Assembly (NCBI RefSeq): GCF_004010195.1
Contig: NC_057719.1
Coordinates: 94,871,041-94,891,040, forward strand
From: Chiloscyllium plagiosum
Lineage: Eukaryota
Direction of reading: 5' to 3'
DNA: 20,000 bases
The notes under the pieces are model-generated. The model was not told the origin of the DNA. It saw nothing but the letters and a program-made list of their open reading frames with translations, and searched no databases. This document shows positions 12,163 through 20,000 of this stretch, piece by piece (position 1 is the first letter of the stretch; every line of letters starts with the position of its first letter). Made by a program: the position numbers and the translations under genes.

Positions 12163-12790
12163 AGAAACATAGAACATGGAACAGTACAGCACAGTACAGG
12201 CCCTTTGACCCTCGATGTTGTGCCGACCTTTTATCCTACTCTAAGATTAAGCTAACCTACATACCCTTTATTGTAACCTTTTATCCTACTCTAAGATTAA
12301 GCTAACCTACATACCCTTTATTGTAGTATCTTCCATGTGCCTATCCAAGAGTTGTTTAAATGTCCCTAATGTATCTGACTCTGCACAGTACAGGCCCTTT
12401 GACCCTCGATGTTGTGCCGACCTTTTATCCTACTCTAAGATTAAGCTAACCTACATACCCTTTATTGTAGTATCTTCCATGTGCATATCCAAGAGTCGTT
12501 TAAATGTCCCTAATGTATCTGACTCTACTACCACCAATGGCAGTACAATCCATGCACCCACCACTCTCTGTGTAGTGTACCTACCTCTGACATTTCCCCT
12601 AAACCTTTCTCCAATCACCTTAAAATTATGTCCCCTCATGATAAACATTTCCGCCCTGGGAAAAAGGTCTCTGGCTACCCACTCTATCTATGCCTTTCTT
12701 CATTTTGTACACTTCTATCAAGTCACCTCTCATTCTTCTTCACTCCAGTGAGAAAAGCCTTAGCTCCCTCAACCTTACTTCATAACACAT
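12163..12790 (-). mobile_element. CR1 LINE 3' end with internal tandem duplications
   Basis: Minus ORF RGHNFKVIGERFRGNVRGRYTTQRVVGAW...GTFKRLLDMHM is a typical CR1 ORF2 C-terminus; tail reads (+) AACATAGAACATGGAACAGTACAGCACAG. Confidence 0.92.
12189..12526. repeat. Nested tandem duplication: 144-bp unit x2, with a perfect 50-bp unit x2 inside the first copy
   Basis: 12226-12275 is identical to 12276-12325. 12189-12382, minus the extra 50 bp, differs from 12383-12526 at 2 positions. Confidence 0.95.
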
Positions 12791-13230
12791 TCATTTAACA
12801 ACACATTATCAGTTGATAAGGGATTATTTTCCAGTTTACAACTGCTATTAGGGAATCTCACCAATCAGCAGCATCTATTGGAAATTTAAGCATAACTGAG
12901 TACAACATTCTAACCAATTACTTGGCTGGGAAATTACATGTGACATACTCTTGAGTTCACAATAGACAGTCAATAAATAAGGACATCCTGCTAAACCAGA
13001 AGCCTGAATATTGACTCTGTAAGGTCATTTTAATAAGAACATCTTTTTTATCTTTGTGCATCAGAGAAAATATACCACACACAGTACAGTCTTTGTTATG
13101 ACTGCTGAATCATTGTGGTATTTTTCACATTCCACCATTCTACTGCCGACTACAAAATTATACTGAATGGGCTGTCACATTGTATAAATTAGTTTAATGT
13201 TAAATGGTAGCAAGTAACTCACCCGTAACG

Positions 13231-13790
13231 AGTAACTCACCTCCTGACTCCCCAAAGCCTGTCCACCATCAACAAGACACAAGTCAGGAGTGTGATGAAT
13301 ACTCCCCACTTGCCTGGATGAGTGCAGCTCCAACAACACTCAATAAACTTGACGTTATTCCAAACAAAGCAGCCTGCTTGATTGGCACCACAACCACAGG
13401 CATCCATTCCACCCACCACAAATGCTGAGTAGCAGCAGTGTGTACTATCTACAAGATGCACTGCAGAAATTCACCAAAGATCCTTAGACAACAGCTTCCA
13501 AACCCATGGCCACTTCCATCTAGAAGGACAAGGGCAACAGGTACATGGGAACACCATCCCCTGCAAGTTTACCTCCAAGCCACTCACCATCCTGACTTGG
13601 AAATATATATCACAGTTCCTTCAATGTCGCTGGGTCAAACTCCTGGAATTCCGCCCCTAATAGCATTTTGGGTATTCCTACACCAAATGGACTGTAACAC
13701 TTCACCACCACCTTCTAAAGGGAAATTAGGACTGGACAATCAATGGTGATTCAGCCAACAAACTAATGTTCCATGAGTGTATATTAAAAA
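13231..13790 (+). mobile_element. CR1/L2-group LINE 3' fragment, second family
   Basis: Frameshifted peptide LLTPQSLSTINKTQVRSVM/EYSPLAWMSAAPTTLNKLDVIPNKAACLIG is a non-LTR RT C-terminal region, followed by a 3' tail ending in an A-rich run. Reverse-complement homolog at 14720-15290. Confidence 0.85.
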
Positions 13791-14091
13791 GAATATTGTT
13801 GTCATTTCTATCAGCTTTTCAATATCCATTACACTATGTCATTTAATATTATTAATAGACAACTCCATGCAAGTTAAACTTCCATGATTTGGACAATTGC
13901 AATATATTTTGTATAACATGTCCAAGATCCCTGCATTCTATGAAAAGTATTTCAATGGTAACCACTGAAATTCAGTCTTGAGACAAAACTCTACCAATAG
14001 AAATTTTCAACTTTCAATGACCAGTAGTACCACACTAAGTGATCAAAATTAATACTTCTCAATGTTCTTCATGAGGAAAAAATGGTTACAA

Positions 14092-14307
14092 AAATAAAAA
14101 TTGCTGGAAAATCTCAGCAGGTCTGGCAGTATCTGGGGAGAAAAATCAGAGTTAATGTTTTGAGTCCAACTGTTCTGAGGACAGGTCAGGAAAACTGAAA
14201 CATTAACTCTGATTTCTCTCCATAGATGCTGCCAGACCTGCTGAACTTTCCAGTAATTTCTGCTTTTCTTTCTGATTTACAGCATCTATAGTTCTTTAGG
14301 TTTGTAT
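14092..14307. mobile_element. Penelope-derived inverted-repeat insertion, family B
   Basis: Arms TTGCTGGAAAATCTCAGCAGGTCTGGCAG...AATCAGAGTTAATGTTT and AAACATTAACTCTGATT...CTGCCAGACCTGCTGAACTTTCCAGTAA are inverted complements. TSD AAAAAATGGTTACAA (14077-14091) / AAAAAATTGTTACAA (14308-14322). Hammerhead-like GTT-CTGAGGA...GAAAC-ATT-AAC at 14172-14207. Confidence 0.82.
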
Positions 14308-14719
14308 AAAAAATTGTTACAATCCTTGTCAATCCTTTCTCCTGATTAGTGACACATTAAAACATCAAAAGATGGTGAGGCTGCTTAACATGAAAGTTCT
14401 GCCCCTACATGCTGTGTCGAATGCAGTATGCTCAGTCTGCTCTCCTCTTGACACGTACTGAGATGAATAAACACACATTTTACTACTTACTCCTAGCCCA
14501 TAAAAGGTGTTATTTTCAATTTCCCGCCTTTGCTGCCTTCACATAGGCCTTCTCATCCTCTACTTTATTTCTCCATTTCTGGGGCTCTGCAGTTTACTAG
14601 TACCTGCGAAGTAATTGTTCCACAGTATGAGGCTACAGGATCATGATGAAACATCATGAGATTAAGACAGAACTGGAGACTGATGCCAAGGTGGAGATTA
14701 CCTGAGCTACAGTAGATCA

Positions 14720-15575
14720 TTTTTTTATTTTATTCAGTTGTGGGATGTGGATGCCACTGACTGGCCAGTATTTAATGCTTGTCTCTAGTTGCCCCTTTAG
14801 AAGGTGGTGGTGAGCTAACTTCTTGAACCACTGCAGTCCATGTGCTGTAGGTAGACCCACAATGCCCTTAGGGAGGGAATTACAGGATTTTGACCCAGCG
14901 ACAGTGAAAGAACAGCACTATATTTCCAAGTCAGGGTAGTGAGTGACTTGGAGGGGAAATTGCAGGTGGTAGTGTTCCCCTGCACCTGCTGCCTTCGTCC
15001 TTCAAGATGGAAGTGGTCATGTGTTTGGAAGGTGCTGTCTGAGGATCTTTGGTGAATTTCTGCAGAGCACCTTGCAGATAGTACACACTGCAGCTACTGA
15101 GAGTCAGTGGTGGAGGAAATGGATACTTGTGGATGCAGTGCCAATCAAGCTGATTGCTTTCCCTTGGATGATATCAAGCTTCTTGAGTGTTGTTGGAGGC
15201 GAACTCATCCAGGCAAGTGGGGAGTATTTGATCAGGTTCCTGACTTGTGCCTTGTGGATGAGAACAGGCTTTGGGGAGTCAGGAGGTGACTTTATTGTTG
15301 CAATATTCCCAGTCTCTGACCTGCTCGTGCATCCACTGCTTTTATGTGAGGGGTCCAGTTGAGTTTCTTGTCAATGGTAATCTCAAAAGATGTTGATAGT
15401 GAGGTGTTAGTGACAGTGATACCATTGAATCTTAAGGGATGGTGATTAGATTGTCTCTTATTGGAGATGTTCATTGCCTGGCATTTTAATTACACAAATG
15501 TTACTTGCCACTTGTCAGCCTATTGTTGTCTGGGTATTGTACAGATCTTGCTGTATTTGAATATAGACTGAATAT
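14720..15575 (-). mobile_element. CR1/L2-group LINE 3' fragment, second family
   Basis: Minus-strand peptides IQQDLYN, ADKWQVTF and TIDKKLNWTPHIKAVDARAGQRLGIL; homologous to 13231-13790; T-rich end at 14720-14732 is the A-rich tail. Confidence 0.87.
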
Positions 15576-17186
15576 GGTGTTAGTTTGTGAATAAAGGCTA
15601 TGTTAAACTCCATACAGGCTACTGCAGAATTATTTATGAGACAACCAGATCCCCACAACACTGACCTGAAGACATGGTGGCAGTAAGGCAATAACATGTA
15701 CAATCAAACTGTTATGCAGAAGAACCCAAAAGCAACCTGAACTAAAAGATGGGTGACAAGGGTGGAAAAAAAGATAATTAAACTACAATTGCAAATAAGA
15801 GGGGAAAACAGGAGTAAAAAAACTGACTCACCAGTGACCTTGGAGCATAGTTAGTGTCTCAATTCAGTAGCGGAGCAGCAGAGCTTTGAGCAGCAATGAG
15901 GATAGAAGCAACGCTACCACTTCCAGAGCTATTCCTGAGAGTAGAAAGTCTCAGTTTGTGCACATATGGAATAGCTGAGAAAACCCTTTGATAAGTATTA
16001 AATAGCTTCGGGGTTGCAGAAGTAATAGCAGCACAATCAGGTAGTAAGCTGCTTTGTGCAATTGAAACTAATAACCTGTATTGATTAGCTGGCAAATTGT
16101 GCATGTGATGATTTAAGGAATGAATTAACATGCAACCTCATGGTTGGTGTGATGGATGGGGTACCCAGCTCTCAGGTTTTTTTATATAGTCCAAAGAGCA
16201 CCCGAAACTCATGAAGGTGGTAGGGTTTGTGAGACTGTCCACAATCTGGTGACAAACTGGGGAATAGGATAAGGTGAGACCGAACTCTATGGAAGAAGCA
16301 AAGTGAGTCAGTCCAAGATGTAGACCTGAAAACAGAGGATGCAACAAAGCAAATGCTCAACAAAAATACTAAAAGCACAGACAGTCATTTTCAAATGTTT
16401 CATATGTGCTTGGAGCAAGATATATCATTGTGATTTCCTACAGGGGAAGTGGAATGTAACAGCTGTGATAAAAGTCATCATTTTAAAGAGATGTTGTCAT
16501 TCTCAATGTGTGAGTAATGAAAATAGCTTTTAAGATAGAAACAAGTTCAAGAAGAATGAGAAATTAAACATCTGAGGAGACATCAATGGCCTCGACAGAA
16601 ATTTACTAGCTGTTATTTATTATTTCAAGGGGCATCCTATTGTGTTTTAAACAGATACCAGCACAGGGTAAACATCTGAATGTAAAATGATTATAAAACA
16701 TATCAAATTAAACCATTCTTCAATCAAAATGCAAGACCCAGGAGGAAATAATTTGCAAGTCAAAGATCAGATTGTGGGAAGAGTAAACGATAAATTCAGG
16801 GAAAAGATGCTCCAGAATAATACTGATCATGAAAATAGACAAACTTGTAAAGGAAGCCAACAATATAAAATGTAGAGAAGAGTTTTCCCCGATATATTTA
16901 CTCGACTGTATAAGCTGAAAAATAAATATTGAAGAACACAGCAGCCAAATGCAATTCCAATTTGTGTATTTACTCGAAGAAAGGTATTGATTCCAGTACA
17001 TAAAGGGTAAGCAGAAATTGAAAGAATGCAGTAACAGCAGTTAACTTCATCAATCAGCGTGCCTACAAACGAGTGCTGAAGGGTGACCACTATTTATAAA
17101 CCAAATGAGAATATCAGAACCTGCAGAGACCTGACTCAACCTAACAAGACTGTACAGGTATACCCATCCAATGTCATTTGTTGATG

Positions 17187-17361
17187 ATCATAGAATCCAT
17201 ACAGAGTGGAAGCAGGCCATTCAGCCAATTGAGTCCACATTGGCCTTCCAAAGAGTATCCCCAGACCCACCCCCTACCCTATCCCTAACTAGCCTGCACA
17301 TTCCTTGAAACTATGGGCAATTTGTCATGGACAATCTGCCAAACTTGCTTGTCTTTAGACT
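17187..17361 (-). mobile_element. V-SINE (HE1-like) 3' half with CR1-type tail
   Basis: (+) ATCATAGAATCCATACAG...GCAGGCCATTCAGCC is a CR1-like tail. The segment ends in GTCTTTAGACT, which continues into the SINE body at 18299. Confidence 0.75.
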
Positions 17362-17805
17362 AGGAGAAAGTGAGGACTGCAGATGCTGGAGTACTAGAGT
17401 TAAAAAATGTAGTGCTGGAAAAACACAGCAGGCCAGGCAGCATCCGAGGAGCAGGAGAATCAATGTTTTGGGCATTAGCCATTCTTCAGGAATGAGGCTG
17501 GTGTGCCAAGCTGGCTGAGATAAAAGGTAGGGGGGAGGGAATTTTGGGCAGGGGCGCTGGGAATACGATAGGTGGAAGGAGGTGAGGGTGAGGGTGGTAG
17601 GCCGGAGAGGGGGTGGGGCGGAGAGGTCGGGAAGAAGATTGCAGGTCAAGAGGGCGGTGCTGCATCCGGGGGTTGGACTGAGATAAGGTGGGAGGAGGGG
17701 AAATGAGGAAGCTGGAGAAATCTACATTCCCGAAACGTTGATTCTCCTCCTCCTCGGATGATGCCTGGCCTGCTGCGCCTTTCTAGCACCACACTTTTCA
17801 ACTCT
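17362..17805 (-). mobile_element. Penelope-like 3' end/pseudo-LTR (family A) with short inverted copy
   Basis: Same sequence family as 19747-20000 and 5761-5986. 17729-17805 is the inverted complement of 17396-17472. ORF-end peptide NVDFSSFLISPPP reads from about 17728. Decayed hammerhead-like core CTGAAGA...AAAAC-ATT at about 17458-17493. Confidence 0.88.
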
Positions 17806-17884
17806 TATTCAAATGATACAATAGATGGTAAATTTCGGGTCATGTCGTCTGAACTCTATGGAACCCCAAATGTTGCCAACTATT

Positions 17885-18100
17885 AACGAAACAACTATTC
17901 ACTCTCTCTGCATTTTGTTGGCTCACCAGCCCTCTATCGAGGAGAATGACCTCTTCCCAAACCCGTGTCCTCTTATTTTACAGCTTTAATATTTTATGCA
18001 GCGTTTAATCAATGCCTTTTCAAAGCTCAGGTACTTTGCTTCTTCAGGATCGCTATTGTCTACTTTGCTTGTCACATCTTTTAAGAACTCGAGCAAACAA
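17885..18100 (-). mobile_element. Old CR1 RT internal fragment
   Basis: Minus translation LLEFLKDVTSKVDNSDPEEAKYLSFEKALIK resembles CR1 LLEFFEDVTSRVDxGEPVDVVYLDFQKAFDKV, followed by IRGHG...EGW-like residues. Confidence 0.75.
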
Positions 18101-18213
18101 ATTATTTAAAAATAATGCTGATTCTGATGTATTTGGTTTAACTTTGAAAGTCTCCTATTGTTAATTAATTAATAATGGATTCTCACAATTTCCTTTAATG
18201 AATTTGCGACAGT

Positions 18214-18298
18214 AGATGTGGCTGTGGTAGCGAGTCTGTTTCAGGACATGGCTGAAGAGCTTCAGGGCAGAGGAGATGACCTGGGGGGTGCAGTGAGA
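18214..18298 (-). mobile_element. Probable 5' ORF fragment of a Penelope-like element
   Basis: GC-rich block reading SHCTPQVISSALKLFSHVLKQTRYHSHI. I recall this as the N-terminal region of shark PLE ORFs (not verified). It abuts the duplicated GTCTTTAGACT. Confidence 0.5.
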
Positions 18299-18441
18299 GT
18301 CTTTAGACTGTAGGAGGTAACCCGCACAGACATAGGGAGAATGTGAAAGCTCCACACAGACAGTTGCCTGAAGGTGGAATCAAACCCAGGTCCCTGATGC
18401 TGTGAGGCAGCAGTGCTAACTGTTGAGCCACTATGCTGACC
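18299..18441 (-). mobile_element. tRNA-derived V-SINE (HE1-like) 5' half
   Basis: Minus strand GGTCAGCATAGTGGCTCAACAGTTAGCACTGCTGCCTCACAGCATCAGGGACCTGGGTTTGATTCC has A-box-like TGGCTCAACAG and B-box-like GGTTTGATTCC, followed by V-domain-like TGTGTGGAGCTTTCACATTCTCCCTATGTCTGTGCGGGTT. Confidence 0.88.
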
Positions 18442-19240
18442 GCTCAGTTAAATTGGTGAAGAGCACATTGATCACTAAGTTAGGTGCAACCAATAAGTTC
18501 TGGCTAGTATCTTTGGGCCAGGAATCAAGGTTGTTAACTATTTTAAAATACCTCTGGCCAATATTGGTTCAATAATCTGCATTTGGAATAGCATCAGCAG
18601 CTGAAATGTTTTAAGTTACTATTACAAAACTCCTAGGAAAGGACGGAATAATTTGCCACATGGGAGATACCTCATACCTGGTTCAACAGAGGAGGTGTAC
18701 TATCATGGAGTTAGGGATATTCTGAAAACATTGTAAGAGGCAGGCCTGATACAAGTATAAACCTAGAAAATTAATTCTCAAGGTCTTTGGTTACAGTGAA
18801 ATCCATAGACTAAAGGTTAATAATCCTCAAAAAGTAAAGAGGGTTAGAGAATTTCCTTAACTCAAGAATATTTTTCTAAAGAGACAACACAAACATCAAA
18901 GATAGAAAAGCCAAGAGTTGCAAAGACTAGGAATCATTCATTCCTAACTTATCATTAATCATCAAGACATTAGGATAGGTGCTGAGTCAAAGCCAACACT
19001 GACGCAGGAATGTTGATCAACAAAACTCTTTGAAAAAATTAAAAATTCATTCAGTTTGTTCAGGTGCATTAGCACATTACAATCCACAATTTCCAACAAC
19101 AAAAGCAATGGATGCAGCATTAACAACATTGTCAAAGAAGATCAGCGAATTATGCTTCAAGGTCTCCAACAAGAACTTCAGAAAAGCCATACCATAACTG
19201 AGAAAAAAGGCCTGAGCAGCAACATGCACATTGTGGATTA

Positions 19241-19485
19241 AACAAAAACACAAAAGTACTGTTAATGCTGGAAATCAGAAACAAAAACAGAAATTGCTGT
19301 CAGCATCTGTGGTGAGAAAACAGAGTTAATGTGTTGGTGTGGTGTGGTGACCCTTCGTCAGAACAGATTGGACTCAAAACATTAATTCTGCTTTCTCTGC
19401 ACAGCTGCTGCCAGACCTGCTGTGTTTCTCCAGCAATTTCTGTTTTTATTTTGGATTTCCAGCATCCTCAGTTTGCTTTATTTTC
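19241..19485. mobile_element. Penelope-derived inverted-repeat insertion, family B
   Basis: ATGCTGGAAATC...AAAAACAGAAATTGCTG and CAGCAATTTCTGTTTTT...GATTTCCAGCAT are inverted arms. Minus-strand GTT-CTGACGA-AGGGTC core remnant at about 19349-19364. Confidence 0.78.
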
Positions 19486-19746
19486 TCTTTATTTACCCTG
19501 TTGAAATTATTTTCATTTGAAAACCTCTCATCATGCTTCCTTAATATATCTCCTCTTAACTTTTGCCCACTCAGACTACGAGAGATTTTATTGACTCAGA
19601 TTAAAATATCAGACATTAATAATTGGGTAAATGTTACAGATTAACATTTCTGACATTGCTTTGTATGTGACATAGTTTGTGAAGAAAGTCTGTTAGAAAG
19701 ATTAATGTTTATACAGATTGAGTTGCAGTGGACCTTCTCAAGCATT

Positions 19747-20000
19747 GAGGAGAAAGTGAGGGGTGCAGGTGCTGGAGATCAGAGCTGAAAATGTGTTGCT
19801 GGAAAAGCGCAGCAGGTCAGGCAGCATCCAAGGAGCAGGAGAATCGATGTTTCGGGCATAAGCCCTTCTTTAGGAATGAGGAAAGTGTGTCCAGCAGGCT
19901 AAGATACAAGGTAGGGAGGAGGGACTTGGGGGAGGGGCTTTGGAAATGCGATAGGTGGAGGGAAGTCAAGGTGAGGGTGATAGGCCGGAGTGGGGTGGGG
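19747..20000 (-). mobile_element. Penelope-like pseudo-LTR (family A), cut by the window edge
   Basis: Homologous to 17362-17620. Minus strand has CTAAAGA-A-GGGC-TTAT-GCCC-GAAAC-ATC-GATTC, a hammerhead-like motif with a mutated first box. Confidence 0.88.

Noticed and set aside
12189..12526. CRISPR-like repeat array
   Set aside because: Repeats are contiguous with no unique spacers and lie inside a eukaryotic LINE.
16080..16900. Possible ancient CR1 ORF1/endonuclease junction on the + strand
   Set aside because: Only faint resemblance (GWCDGWG, FKCFICAWS); too degenerate to support without a profile search.
11036..20000. PGR exon 6 (EEFLCMK motif)
   Set aside because: A by-eye search for the reverse complement of Cys-Met-Lys codons in context found nothing; the exon is probably beyond the window.

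Overview
Eukaryotic DNA, very probably from a shark or other elasmobranch (inferred from the repeat families and the receptor sequence). The minus strand carries the last two coding exons of the progesterone receptor (PGR/NR3C3): 10878-11035 (158 nt) and 8246-8401 (156 nt including stop). Both have canonical splice sites and encode the C-terminal ligand-binding domain. The next exon upstream was not found, so about 11036-20000 is intron. The rest is mostly retroelement debris: CR1 LINE fragments, a second CR1/L2-group LINE family, a split tRNA-derived V-SINE (HE1-like), and many Penelope-like element (PLE) remnants, one with a GIY-YIG endonuclease fragment. Positions 1-5200 are AT-rich with no recognisable repeats. 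The most interesting pattern is a set of short PLE-derived inverted-repeat insertions, most with roughly 11-18 bp target-site duplications, carrying minimal hammerhead-ribozyme-like cores (CTGAnGA-stem-GAAAC-nTH). Three lie just downstream of the PGR stop codon. One PLE composite appears to have carried unrelated DNA into a SINE. Nearly all ORFs in the supplied track are spurious or TE-derived, and the track misses both real exons.
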